Shown: positions 1 to 10,741 of the stretch, one piece after another
How the letters are laid out: each line of letters begins with the position of its first letter
How positions within the stretch are numbered: the first letter of the stretch is position 1
Assembly: GCA_027923505.1 (NCBI GenBank)
Contig: BROI01000023.1
Coordinates: 310,001-374,000 of the forward strand
Reading direction: 5' to 3'
DNA from: Mayamaea pseudoterrestris
Taxonomy: Eukaryota
Length of the DNA: 64,000 nt
Notes under the pieces: generated by a model
Databases searched by the model: none
Told to the model about the DNA's origin: nothing
The model's input: the letters and a program-made list of their open reading frames with translations, nothing else
Translations under genes and position numbers: made by a program

Positions 1-433
1 TGTGAGCCGATCGAGCAAGCTGCCGCCGTTTTGTGATTGAAAATGCGCGTCTGGGACAGGTCGGAAACCGGTCCGTTTCTTTTGTCGGTCGTGTTCGTCG
101 TCCGTTTCTCGAGAGGTGCGGTCGAGTGCGTGGGACTCAACCACTCCCAACTTATCATCTTGATCCAATAGATGATACAGTGATTGATTGTCGTGTTCAT
201 ATATGTCTTTGATGCAGAGATACTCATCTTGTTGGCAAGAAAAAGCTGATTAAAATAATGATCGCAGCGATCTTCTCCATGGTCGACGCTTGCATTACCG
301 ACAAACTTTCAGTACCGCTACGATGACGTTGCGACATTTCCCGTTGCTTTCATCTCGTCCGCGCGGCCATGATGGGTGGCACTCCGCATCCTCTCAGCCA
401 ATTCCTACTATCATAAGTCAAACAACAATAAGT

Positions 434-1255
434 ATGATGTATCTGCTATCCCTTCTATTGCTGTTGGCGACTACTATTCAGCATGTCTCTGCCGCAGCTT
501 ACAATAGCTACCAGTATGACCTCACAGTTCCGCAATTCACGCCGGATGGTCGCTTGCTGCAAGTCGAGTATGCAAGCGCCGCAGCCGATCATTCGTCTCC
601 ACTAGTCATTGCTCGCTTGAATGATGACATGATTGTATTAATGAGCTCAAAATCCGATAACAAGGTTCAGGAGCGTCTCATCATTCTTCCAGAATCGGAC
701 ACAGTCGTTGCCATTTCTGGAATCCTTGCCGACAGCTTGGCGCTCCTACAAACGGCGCAAAAGGAATCGTTGAATCATCGGCGCATGCATGGAAACTCAT
801 TGACGGCGACGCAAATAGCCAATGTCGTTTCCAGCGCCTGTCAGAGTCATGCGTTTGGAGGCGGCTTGCGATGCTACGGATCAACCTTGGTGGTTTGTGG
901 CTGTCAAAGCGACTCTCTTGTCATACTTCAATCAGATCCTTCCGGAGCGCTGCAAGACTTGACGCGACTAAATAAACAGACGACTGTGATTGGAGGGGCA
1001 GCTTATCGAGGAGGATTGGGCATCGTCGTTCAACGAACGTTGGATACGGCAGCCGAACTTGGCGGCTACAAGGATGCAACACCTTTTCAACGCATTGCCA
1101 AGATTATATCCATACTCCAGCAAGAGCATGTCAAGTCATCGAAAAATGCCGAGACGGATGACTTGGTGTTTGAGGTGGCTCTAGTCTCTCGTACAAGAGG
1201 CGCCTACAAGTTGTCGACGGACCAAGTCGAAAAGCTACAATCGTCGTTGTTATGA
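434..1255 (+). CDS. 20S proteasome alpha-type subunit with an N-terminal signal peptide (probable periplastid-compartment isoform)
   Basis: Alpha-subunit N-terminal signature YDLTVPQFTPDGRLLQVEYA, plus SGILAD, GGLRCYGSTL and DPSG motifs. It is preceded by hydrophobic MMYLLSLLLLLATTIQHVSA. First ATG is at 434; the ORF track starts at an upstream TTG. Confidence 0.85.
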   Translation: MMYLLSLLLLLATTIQHVSAAAYNSYQYDLTVPQFTPDGRLLQVEYASAAADHSSPLVIARLNDDMIVLMSSKSDNKVQERLIILPESDTVVAISGILADSLALLQTAQKESLNHRRMHGNSLTATQIANVVSSACQSHAFGGGLRCYGSTLVVCGCQSDSLVILQSDPSGALQDLTRLNKQTTVIGGAAYRGGLGIVVQRTLDTAAELGGYKDATPFQRIAKIISILQQEHVKSSKNAETDDLVFEVALVSRTRGAYKLSTDQVEKLQSSLL

Positions 1256-1690
1256 ATGATGAACTTAAATGTTGATGGACGTTGCTTCATATGATTCGGT
1301 TAGGTTTCTGCACTGCTTGGAGGCTTCATTCTCTGCGCCATTTGTCCATTCTCCACAATCCGACATCCAAAGAGCGACGATGACACGGCAACTGACCATG
1401 AAAGTCGTGCTACCGGTAGAGGTTTCTCCGCGGAAGATGTTTCACTAACAATGGAAGATGGTGGGACTCAAGATGCATAACATATACTGTATAAAGTAGC
1501 AAGCATGTACACGTTAATCTGTAGAAGGTTACTGGTGATCATTGTCGTCTGCGTTGGGCCGTCGCATCGCCGTCGCAACAACGACGAGCATTGGGTTTTC
1601 AAACGGGTCATTAGTGGTCAATTCAGCCAATCAGAGTAATGAATTTGGTTGGGCCCATTTTCACAGAAAGTGGCGTACTCTTTGTACCAC

Positions 1691-1784
1691 AGTGCCAATA
1701 ACTTTGAAAATCAAAGTTTTTGGCACTACTGTTTGGTCGATAGTGCCAATAACTGTGAAATAACTCCAAGTTATTGGCAGTACT
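1691..1784. repeat. Palindromic repeat family A, cluster 1 (two imperfect palindromes)
   Basis: AGTGCCAATAACTTTGA-AAA-TCAAAGTTTTTGGCACT at 1691-1727 and AGTGCCAATAACT-GTGAAATAACTCCA-AGTTATTGGCAGTACT at 1742-1784. The same motif recurs near 12.6 kb and 51.9 kb. Confidence 0.9.
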
Positions 1785-1910
1785 CATTAAGCCACAGTAA
1801 AACGTGAACCGGAACGACACTTTGTGCGTCAGTCGGCAGCGGTCGATCCATCCATCGTTTTCGTCGCGTGCGTTTCTGGATCACCACCATGAGTATAAAG
1901 AACACAAAGA

Positions 1911-4900
1911 TTGGATGCAATGGTCGGATTCAAGCGAGCGAGGACGTTAATAGGCCTGTTTCTGGCAGGATGGACGGTAAACGCGGCGAAAGGCTTTTGT
2001 TCTTGCTCAATACATCGAGCGCGAGCTCCAACCGGTCTGAGCGCCATTTCGGATGAAAGCTTGTCGTTTTCGCGTCGTAACGCAGCGTTAATCGCCTCTT
2101 CAACGACATGTTCTCGTCGACAAGCTCTAGCAGGAGTAGCAATAACATCAGCTGCGACTGCCGCTTTCTTTGGATCCGAGTCAGCTTCCGCCGGCACTCC
2201 GAAACTTGATTCATCGGGCAACCTCTTTGCTCCCAAGTCGGAAATGCTTCGCGGAGGATCGGAAAGTACACGCGGAATCCCAATCAAGCGGGAGAAGCGG
2301 CTACAAGCTGGCGAGACTCTTCAAACTGTCTACAACACACGCTTCATTGCCTATCTTTCGCGCTTCCTCCTCAACTTTGATCCATCGGCTCGCGCCTGGT
2401 GGGTCAAGCAAGGATTCGGCGATGGATGGGATGAGTTGTCGTTGCAAGAGACTGATCAAGCGGAACGGGTTTTCTCAGAGTTTGCCGAAAGTGTGGAGAT
2501 TGGATTGGCAAACTACTTTGTCGGTCCATACGGCTCCTACGGTTCCGTATCTGCTGCAGTCGCTGGTGTGTCGGCCGCGGCTGCCATTCCATCCAAACGA
2601 CCAGCGAAACAAAAAGGAATCGTCGATAGCTTGCTTCGGAAAGGAGCGACAATGAAGAAAAGCACAACTGCTCCAACAGACGGGTGGGAACTATCCAAGC
2701 AGGGCGTGCTTAACCTATACGCATTGCTCAAGGCACGTTACACAACTGTCACAGCAAAGAAGCAGCTGGCTGTCTTGTTTTCGTTCATTACTCCTCCACT
2801 GCAACCCACTATTGAGATTGCGGCGCTACTTGGAGAAGCAGACAACGCGACAATCAGCAAGATCGACGTGGTTCGTCCAGTGGTTGCCAATGAAGCGGAG
2901 TCGAGGACGAGTAGTCGACGCGGCGGTGGATATTCATTGGAAGACATTCCGCTGCTAACAATTAATTGCCCTCCAGCACTGGGTGACGACTATGCATGCG
3001 CGGAACTAATACCTATTATGAAAGTGACGTCTCGTGTTTTGAAAATAAAGGTGGTTGATGGCGGTGCTGGATACGATTCGCCTCCGTTTGTGAGTGTATC
3101 GCAAAGTGGCATCTCACGCCTTTGCCAAGCGACGGCGCTTTTGGACCGGAATGGATCCATTGAGAGCATTCTAGTACTGGATCCAGGATATGGATATGGT
3201 GGTCGTAACAATGTTCCGCCTATTGTTACCATTGAAGCGCCGCGTGGTAAGCGAGTTGGTCGACGAGCCAAGGCAGTTGCAGAACTGGAGTTTGGAATTG
3301 CCGGTGCCAAACTGTATCGTGGCGGAAATGGATACGTTCAAACAGAGCCGCCAAAGATTCAAGTGACACCGCCAGTGACTGACCCAGATTGGTTTATAGC
3401 CGTGCAAGAGCAACCAGAAATGAGGATGGTTCCATTCGAGCAGACGGAGTTTCTACGTGTCAAGGTGTCGGAAATGCGATCGGCCGACGGCAATACCGTG
3501 TTCTCCATTGCAGGGAACCCCGACCGAAGGCCAGTGGATGATAATTTATTGGAAAGACTTACGAGAGATCCGTTGGAGATGCTACCTTCCTCCGTGCGTC
3601 CGCAGCGGATACGGAATACACTTACCGAAGCGGAGTTTTATTCGATCCCTGCATTAGAGAAAGTACCACAGTTTGTCGCCGTCATGGAAGAAAGATATAG
3701 AGCGTATGATCCAGTGTTCGGGGGTGTTGGTGTTGGCCCTGTACAAATCGGGGCGACGCAGCTGAGTGCCAGCGAGTATGCTCGTTTAGCCTTGAGCGGA
3801 GCCGTATGCACTGTAATTGTCAGGACCGTTTTAAATCCTCTCGAGTTGATCAAAACCAAGCAGCAGCTTGTGAACGACGATGAACTCTTTGAGCATGCGC
3901 GTGCACGAAAGGCCAAGTCAACTGACAATACCGGAATAGAAGCAAGAACAATTGATGCTGCTGCACCCACTGACGCATTGAGCGATAGATCCTCAGGTAA
4001 CGATGGCTTAGGCAGCATTAGACAGCAAACAATGGTTGCTGTGCGAGAAGAAACACAGACGGCAACGGTTGTCAAGCAACCAGAAACAAAAATTGGAACG
4101 ATTGATCTCGTAATGAGTTTGATTGAGCTGCGTGGCCCGCTTGCTTTGTTTCAGAGTGCCGATATTACCTTCCTTGCATCGATTGCGTTTGGGTCGTTTG
4201 GTTTCGGCGCGACAGAGCTATTCCGTCGGTCGTTCACCGCCTTCTTTTTCACAGAAGGTGACTCTGGTGGTGGATCCGAATTAATTCTGCTTCTCGCTGC
4301 TGGCATTGCTACTGTCGTCACTGCTGCGGTTGCGTCTCCATTCGAGTTGCTTCGCGTTCGCAGTATGGGACAACTGGAGCCGCAAAAATGGACTCGAGTT
4401 TTGAAAGAATTTATAGAAAAGGGTTCTGATGAAGATGGTACAAGCGGCGATGCAGATCTTGACTTTACGAAACTGAAACCGCGCGATTTGCTGCCGTTGT
4501 GGGCTGGATTTAATCCGACATTGTCGCGCGAGCTTCCATTCGCTATTGCCAAGTTCTTGACGTTTGATGTTCTTGCCTCTACCATTATCAACTTTTTGAA
4601 CTCGCAGCTAGGTCAAGGTGCAATTCCTGTGCAGGTTGGTGTTGGCCCCATTGGTTTGGGTATTTCAGCATTGTCTGGTGCAGTGGCTGGTGTAGCGGGA
4701 GCTATTGTTTCCCACCCTGCCGATTTGATTTTAACAAAGACGTCAAGCGGCGGCAAGCCTAAGCAGAAAGCAGTGAATGGCGAAAGCATTGACGCTGCCC
4801 GCGATTCCAAAGATTGGAAAGGTGTCGTCAAGGAACTAGTAGGTCGGGATGGAGGAGTAGCAAATCTATTCATTGGCCTTGGAGCTCGATCAACATTCTT

Positions 4901-5036
4901 TTTCCTGGTTATTGGGTTGCAATTTTTTCTGTATGACTACGTGAAAAATTTGTTTCAGGTTGGAAGCGAAGATTTAAATCTGGTTCTCGACGTTTTCTTT
5001 GCCGTGCGTGCCGGATTGGTGACTCCTACCAACTAA
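1911..5036 (+). CDS. Mitochondrial-carrier-family (SLC25, phosphate-carrier-like) protein with plastid/thylakoid-type presequence and a long N-terminal region containing GxGY repeats
   Basis: Three Px[DE]xx[KR]-type signatures (PLELIKTK, PFELLRVR, degenerate PADLILTK). RELPFAIAKF and AIVSHPAD resemble phosphate carriers. The N-terminus has a hydrophobic signal, then RRQAL plus a hydrophobic stretch ending ASA. The start may be the second Met at 1920. Confidence 0.8.
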   Translation: MDAMVGFKRARTLIGLFLAGWTVNAAKGFCSCSIHRARAPTGLSAISDESLSFSRRNAALIASSTTCSRRQALAGVAITSAATAAFFGSESASAGTPKLDSSGNLFAPKSEMLRGGSESTRGIPIKREKRLQAGETLQTVYNTRFIAYLSRFLLNFDPSARAWWVKQGFGDGWDELSLQETDQAERVFSEFAESVEIGLANYFVGPYGSYGSVSAAVAGVSAAAAIPSKRPAKQKGIVDSLLRKGATMKKSTTAPTDGWELSKQGVLNLYALLKARYTTVTAKKQLAVLFSFITPPLQPTIEIAALLGEADNATISKIDVVRPVVANEAESRTSSRRGGGYSLEDIPLLTINCPPALGDDYACAELIPIMKVTSRVLKIKVVDGGAGYDSPPFVSVSQSGISRLCQATALLDRNGSIESILVLDPGYGYGGRNNVPPIVTIEAPRGKRVGRRAKAVAELEFGIAGAKLYRGGNGYVQTEPPKIQVTPPVTDPDWFIAVQEQPEMRMVPFEQTEFLRVKVSEMRSADGNTVFSIAGNPDRRPVDDNLLERLTRDPLEMLPSSVRPQRIRNTLTEAEFYSIPALEKVPQFVAVMEERYRAYDPVFGGVGVGPVQIGATQLSASEYARLALSGAVCTVIVRTVLNPLELIKTKQQLVNDDELFEHARARKAKSTDNTGIEARTIDAAAPTDALSDRSSGNDGLGSIRQQTMVAVREETQTATVVKQPETKIGTIDLVMSLIELRGPLALFQSADITFLASIAFGSFGFGATELFRRSFTAFFFTEGDSGGGSELILLLAAGIATVVTAAVASPFELLRVRSMGQLEPQKWTRVLKEFIEKGSDEDGTSGDADLDFTKLKPRDLLPLWAGFNPTLSRELPFAIAKFLTFDVLASTIINFLNSQLGQGAIPVQVGVGPIGLGISALSGAVAGVAGAIVSHPADLILTKTSSGGKPKQKAVNGESIDAARDSKDWKGVVKELVGRDGGVANLFIGLGARSTFFFLVIGLQFFLYDYVKNLFQVGSEDLNLVLDVFFAVRAGLVTPTN

Positions 5037-5241
5037 TTTAACTTGCACAAAAGACAACGCACTCTGCGTTGTAAACATAGTGACAATAAAACACAATCAT
5101 TATGTACAAAACGGTAGTCTATGAAGCCTTTTTGCTATACTGGCAATTTACATTACTTTACTTTAAAATGTAGCCTTCATAGCAGCAAAAAAACTTGTCT
5201 TAATCGCATTCTGCGTCTCCCATTCACTTGCGACAAAGCGT

Positions 5242-6849
5242 TTACAAGTCTCGAGGCCCCATGCTCTCCTCTTCGTCGTCATCCGTTTCCAAGTCTTTTG
5301 CCATGGAGTCCATGTCCAACCCATAGGATCCTGCGTACGGCAGCTCACCGTGTCCAACTGCAGTTGACGCGTACCCATCCAAACTGTATCCGTAACTCTC
5401 CATGGAGCTGACACTGGCAGCGTCATTAAATTGGTTCAAGCTATTATTGCGACGGACCGGAAGGCTGCCCGTGTTGGTGCTCGTATTATTGTTTGTGGCT
5501 GGACTACTCGCCGATGCAAAGGCTGCATTACCACTTCCACTTCGATAGTATTGTGACAATGATGTAGAAACGTCAATATTATCAGCGCTCGTAGTGTTTG
5601 CTTCTGGGTGATTGTATGGAATGCGCCGGCCGTACCCACCAATTTCGGAAATGGGAGGGTCCGCCAAGCCGATAACATTCTTGCTGTTGTTACTCGTCGC
5701 GGCGGCGCTCGTCTTTTTCGCTGCTTGCTCCGCCGACAAGTTTGATTCAGCAGAAGTGCTTGGATCGCGTCGCCCCTTGCGTCGCCCACTACCTACTCCT
5801 CCACCCGCCAAGTAAGTTTCGCGGTGTCGCCGATCATATCGCCAAGCCCAAAGGACTGCCAGTAGCAGAAACAAGAATGCAATGACTGCAACACCAACAG
5901 CAATGTAAATAATCATGGTCAATTGTCCATTGTCGTCCGTCGATGACGTATCACTAGAGCCTCCATTGCCAGTGGCATCATTTCCAGCAACCGTATAGGC
6001 TGAAACGTCAACGACAGCCTTGCCCAAACCAACGACTGCACTCTGCTGAAGCAGCATTAGCAATCCCGACTGGTTGCGCATGGTTCCTTGCTGCACGTAC
6101 ATAATGACATCATCTGGTACTGCCATTTGCGTGGCGTTCTTGCTGAAAAAGGCCGCGCCCTTGAGTTCGACTGTCAGCAACGATGAACCAGTGCTAGTTG
6201 TTGCGTTACTTGATGGCGATTCCGTTTGCTCCACTGGGACAGCGTCATCGTCTCCTGTTACATTTTGTTTTTGCAATAGTCGCGGCGCTGCTTGCAGCTG
6301 ACGCTGTTGATTCAGTCGGCCTTGGCGAAGCTGTAGTCGCGTAACGATTGCTGCGTTGTCCTTTTGTTGCGGCTGCTTTTGCAGCAATCGCTGCCCATTG
6401 CTTCCGTCGCTGCTACTGCTACTGGACGGCGGATTGCGCTGAATCAAAATGACGGCATCAAACTGCGCGTAATTGATTGCTGCTGAAGTGGCTGCTTCTG
6501 GTTCCTTGCTCGTTTCGTCTCGATTGTTGTTCGCATCGCCTTTCGTTTTCTCCACTTGCTGATATCCCAATGCTTCCAGCTGCGACCGAAACGAGTCATT
6601 CATCCATTCACTGACAACATCTGAAACGTCATACGAGAGAGACTGCAAGTCGCCTTGAGCGTCCGCCACCCGAGCGACTTGAACGTCAAAATCCATGAGA
6701 TTCACAAGGTCGATATAGTCGGGGTTGCCTGCAGCGGCGGCAGCACCATTGGGAGCACTAGTCGACGACGAGTCTTGCTGCAGCTTGCGACTGCGACGAC
6801 GATTGCCGATTGGCGTCATGTATGACTGGCGGCGAAAGTAGTTGAGCAT
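5242..6849 (-). CDS. Hypothetical single-pass membrane protein
   Basis: Long ORF with one strong transmembrane segment (IIYIAVGVAVIAFLFLLLAVLWAW) followed by basic residues and an S/N-rich tail. First ATG is at 6849; the 5' end is uncertain. Confidence 0.7.
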   Translation of the reverse strand: MLNYFRRQSYMTPIGNRRRSRKLQQDSSSTSAPNGAAAAAGNPDYIDLVNLMDFDVQVARVADAQGDLQSLSYDVSDVVSEWMNDSFRSQLEALGYQQVEKTKGDANNNRDETSKEPEAATSAAINYAQFDAVILIQRNPPSSSSSSDGSNGQRLLQKQPQQKDNAAIVTRLQLRQGRLNQQRQLQAAPRLLQKQNVTGDDDAVPVEQTESPSSNATTSTGSSLLTVELKGAAFFSKNATQMAVPDDVIMYVQQGTMRNQSGLLMLLQQSAVVGLGKAVVDVSAYTVAGNDATGNGGSSDTSSTDDNGQLTMIIYIAVGVAVIAFLFLLLAVLWAWRYDRRHRETYLAGGGVGSGRRKGRRDPSTSAESNLSAEQAAKKTSAAATSNNSKNVIGLADPPISEIGGYGRRIPYNHPEANTTSADNIDVSTSLSQYYRSGSGNAAFASASSPATNNNTSTNTGSLPVRRNNSLNQFNDAASVSSMESYGYSLDGYASTAVGHGELPYAGSYGLDMDSMAKDLETDDDEEESMGPRDL

Positions 6850-7256
6850 GTTTGAGAAGCGCGTCTGGTTTGATTCGTGGAGTGTGACAATGAGGTGCAG
6901 CGCGGAAGTAGGCGTTCGGCGGATGATGCAGATGAATGGAGTCGAGCAAGGCTGATTCAAATTCAAGAAGTTTTATTGTCTAATGCAATAAATGACTTGC
7001 TAATCAATCGCCTCGTCTGGGGCAGTTACTAGAACCAGCGAAAGACGACGGACGATGAGATGCCTCTTCCTTCACTCGAGGTTTTGGTCAGTGGTGCGCG
7101 CAACAGACACAAAAACGGCAGAAATTTCGGGCGCGGACCAATCAACGGAAAGACTGAGTAACCGTGTGACGTAGTCTGATTCACGCTGCGACATGTCGTC
7201 GAACCGCGCCGTCCCGCGTAACCCTCCACCCATCACAATTGCACCTTTCCACGACC

Positions 7257-8002
7257 ATGAGCAACCGCCGTAGCAACGACCATAGTCAACGAAGTACAAG
7301 TCGCAGTCACAGTCATTATGAAGACGAAGACTACCAAAAGGAGAGCTTTAGACGTGATTCGCGTGTAGAGCCGGAATCACGACGAGGATACAGCCGTCGT
7401 GATGCGTCATCATCTCGATTGGACCACAACAGCAGCGATGAACATTACAGTCAATCTTCCACTCGCCGCAATCACGACAATACCGAGTCTGTTTCAAATG
7501 TAGCTGCTGATTCAGAGAACAGAAAGAAGCTGCAGGCGGAGGAAGAGGAGCGACGTGCTCGAATGAAGCGACTCCGAGAGGAAATTGACGAAGAGGAACA
7601 AGGCGCGGCAGGCGGAGCTTCGTCGAAACGAACTAGAAGACCAAATGACGACAATGACAATGACGAGGACGAGTCGGATGATTATCCGGAGCTTCAAATG
7701 CAAAAACTCTTGGGCTTTTCCGGTTTTGAGTCAACCAAAAACACCAAAGTGGAGGACAATCACACGACGAGTGCAGCGGGTGCGGCGCAAAAGCACAAGG
7801 CCCGCAAGTATCGGCAGTACATGAATCGAAAGGTATGTGCATCGGTAGATTTTGCTTTAAATGCATGTGTTTGGATTGGCTTTCGCAAAGAATTGCATGA
7901 TGCAGATCCGATACTTTTTTGTTTGGCTCCACAAAAGCTTACAGTTTATTGCTTCATGTATCGCAGGGAGGATTCAATCGACCTTTGGATAAGATGGACT
8001 AG
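7257..8002 (+). CDS. SNRNP27: U4/U6.U5 tri-snRNP 27 kDa protein (DUF1777); join(7257..7832,7967..8002)
   Basis: RS/RD-rich N-terminus, then MQKLLGFSGFESTK...RKYRQYMNRK. Splicing at AAG|GTATGT...CGCAG|GGA restores the conserved ending GGFNRPLDKMD*. Confidence 0.92.
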
Positions 8003-8646
8003 AATATTAACTTTGTTTCGTTGTATTATGTGTTTATGGTTTACTCGTCAGCGGTTGGATCGCAGCAAGGCTGAAGGTGGCCCTGGAGCCATGCTTGAAC
8101 CTGCTCTATTTCAGCTGTGCACAGTCTACTGTGGGACCAGCCAGTCATTCTATCATGTAGAACATACTCGTACTCTACAATGGTGCTGGCACCATCCTTG
8201 TGGGATTCGGGTGAATAGATGGCGTACAGTATGCGCGTTTGAAAGTCATGGCTGCAGCTTGCTGGGACTGGTGAGAAGTGCGTTGCAGTCTACTGAGGGA
8301 CCAACTTGGCATTTAGCAAATACATTGGCACCTTTCTTGTGCGATTGGGGTGGATATGTGGCATGGAGTGCAAAGAAACAATTAAGTGTAGACGACGCAA
8401 CCACTATTACTCGCACCGGTAGTAACGTTCCGAATCTGTCCAAGCGAGAACTTGCCGCGAAACGGCCATGGCGCGTCTTGACTTTCGCAATTCGGCAGGT
8501 CCGCGGGAACTAAGGACACTGTCCACCTTTCATTTCCCTGTAGTGCAGTGGAGTATCTGATGATTTAAAGCTCAAAGCAACAATCAGCAATCAGCAACGC
8601 AGCCATTTTTAACCTTTTTCGTCCTCGCTCCGTGGCGCAAACCATC

Positions 8647-10563
8647 ATGCTCATCATTGTTCTTTTCATTATTCGCCTCCTCTGTCGAGAAGTTCAAGAC
8701 GCGAATACTCAACCCGCATATCGGCTTGCAAAAGCTCCATCAATCCGGCCATGGCTTGGGACGAGTCGTTGTCCTTTGCACCAATCATCACGGATCATTG
8801 ACAATGACAAACGCAATGTCAAGACAAATCATGTTACACCAGCTACTGCGCCAGCGGTACGTCCCACGAAACTAGATCAACCAACTCTAATTCATGGAGC
8901 TATTGTTGTCAAGACAGTGTCAGTTGCATCCGCGATTCCGCCGTCGACAACGGTTGATGAGAAGCCTTGTGTTGAAGAAAGGCTCCGTCGCTTCCGAACA
9001 TTCACTTTGCCGACCAAACAGCTTGGCAATCTTACTCTTAAAAGTCAGAGTAATGTCTCGACTAACCGTCCAGTCGATTGGGCTGCCTTGGATCCGTTTA
9101 TTGCAAATGCATCCGCAAGTCGGGACGAGCAATCCGCGACGGTTCACGAACATGCGACAAACTTCGCATCTTCTACTTCAGTTTATGACGATCAACAGCT
9201 ATACAACAATCACGGCATCCCTAGTGTCACTATGGATTCTGTTGATAAGCTTTCGGTCAGCGTCCCAGGTAAACTTATTCCGCCATTGTCGGCCCACGAC
9301 GAGGCACCAATGGGACATCAACACAAAGCGCTTGACAGTGACGGCGAGTCCGCAGATGGAACCTTGGCGTCGGAAAGATTTGTATCTGATATAAAACTTC
9401 TGGCAATTGATGAACCGGTACTTGTTGATGCACTAGTTTCGGAGCATGCTAGTGTGATATCTGACGCCATTTCTCGGTGCACCACGGAAGATTGCATTGA
9501 TGAGTTGTTGTTACAAATCCTGGAGCATGTCGTCAAGAAACGCCGACAACTCCGCTTGAGCCTAAAACACAAAATTCGGACTAATGATCTATTGCCGGAG
9601 AATCATCAAGAATTGGGCGACAAAGATTCGGAATTGTGGTCAATGGGAAATGACCAATTCAAGCTGCGAGCGGAGCGGCGCAGCGATCATGCAGCTCATC
9701 AAGACGAGAGATCGAGCACAAGTACCTTGCTTGATGACGTTCGTCTATCAGTTAATGAAACCTCTAATGCGAGTGTTGTTGGACACGCCGCAATGCTTGC
9801 CGCTGGCGACCCTGCACGCGGAGAGCGGTGTTGCTACGGATCCTACGAGGGTGACAAAACATGTGCGCATTCCTTCCCAGATCACTTGGATGACAAAATT
9901 TGCAACAGTGCCAATAATCCACCCGTCGAGCCCATGTTTCTTGACAAACGTCGGGCGATGGAAAGTACCAATCTACAGCCAACGTCCCTGGAGTCGTCTT
10001 CGCTAATAGTCAACGACGAATTCAACGGCGAGATATCCTTTGGGACTAAACTTAAGCTTGATGAAACTTCTTCAATGCGATGTGAGAATGCGTGTCGGCC
10101 CGACACGAAAGTCATGTCGAGTGGCAAAATGGTCATGCTCATTCTTATTGTTTCGGCTTACTGTGCGTTGATCTTTTTTGGTTGGGAAATCCAGTGCACA
10201 GCGGCACGGCTAACCAGTTTCCTTAGATTTCTCGTTGCCCTTCGACTTTTCGTGTTCAAGTTTGTAGCGAGTCTACTCGGCTTTGATCAGGGCAGGGTTA
10301 AGAGGGGCTTTGATTTCGACGAAGGTGATTACACGGAAGAGGAGCTTGCATGGATATGTGCTGACGGCGGCGCCGCTCGCCAAGCTTCATTGGACGAGCA
10401 ACAATTCAAGACTGACAGAGCGACTGACGAAGACCACATTCTCGGGACTGCATCGCAAACCTGTGCAAGCAGACCAACAAGTATTGGTGCAGCCAAGCTT
10501 GCACATTTTCGAGCATGTAAAGAGCACGACAGAATGGTAGAGGCTTCGCGACGTTCAGGTTGA
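8647..10563 (+). CDS. Hypothetical protein with an N-terminal hydrophobic segment and two C-terminal transmembrane segments
   Basis: Uninterrupted ORF of about 640 aa with no recognised domain. Confidence 0.6.
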   Translation: MLIIVLFIIRLLCREVQDANTQPAYRLAKAPSIRPWLGTSRCPLHQSSRIIDNDKRNVKTNHVTPATAPAVRPTKLDQPTLIHGAIVVKTVSVASAIPPSTTVDEKPCVEERLRRFRTFTLPTKQLGNLTLKSQSNVSTNRPVDWAALDPFIANASASRDEQSATVHEHATNFASSTSVYDDQQLYNNHGIPSVTMDSVDKLSVSVPGKLIPPLSAHDEAPMGHQHKALDSDGESADGTLASERFVSDIKLLAIDEPVLVDALVSEHASVISDAISRCTTEDCIDELLLQILEHVVKKRRQLRLSLKHKIRTNDLLPENHQELGDKDSELWSMGNDQFKLRAERRSDHAAHQDERSSTSTLLDDVRLSVNETSNASVVGHAAMLAAGDPARGERCCYGSYEGDKTCAHSFPDHLDDKICNSANNPPVEPMFLDKRRAMESTNLQPTSLESSSLIVNDEFNGEISFGTKLKLDETSSMRCENACRPDTKVMSSGKMVMLILIVSAYCALIFFGWEIQCTAARLTSFLRFLVALRLFVFKFVASLLGFDQGRVKRGFDFDEGDYTEEELAWICADGGAARQASLDEQQFKTDRATDEDHILGTASQTCASRPTSIGAAKLAHFRACKEHDRMVEASRRSG

Positions 10564-10741
10564 AAGTCATTTGGATAGGGCAACGGATGAATTGTGAGAG
10601 CCTGCGATTTATTCGATACGATATTAAAGCTGCCTTACAGGCCTTGATTTGCTCGGCGGCATCTTGAGGCGTGCACACCAACATGTGCCTTAGTCATAAA
10701 ATTAAAACAAGGATTACTGGTGCATGTCTTCGTCAGGTTAC

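Noticed and set aside
1691..1784. Family A palindromes as CRISPR repeats or rho-independent terminators
   Set aside because: There are only 2-3 copies per locus, with short linkers and half-copies. They lack a GC stem with a U-tract and lie in nuclear eukaryotic DNA.
7833..8513. 424-aa ORF 7239..8513 as a single long protein
   Set aside because: It reads through an intron. Splicing gives the conserved SNRNP27 ending with a stop at 8002.
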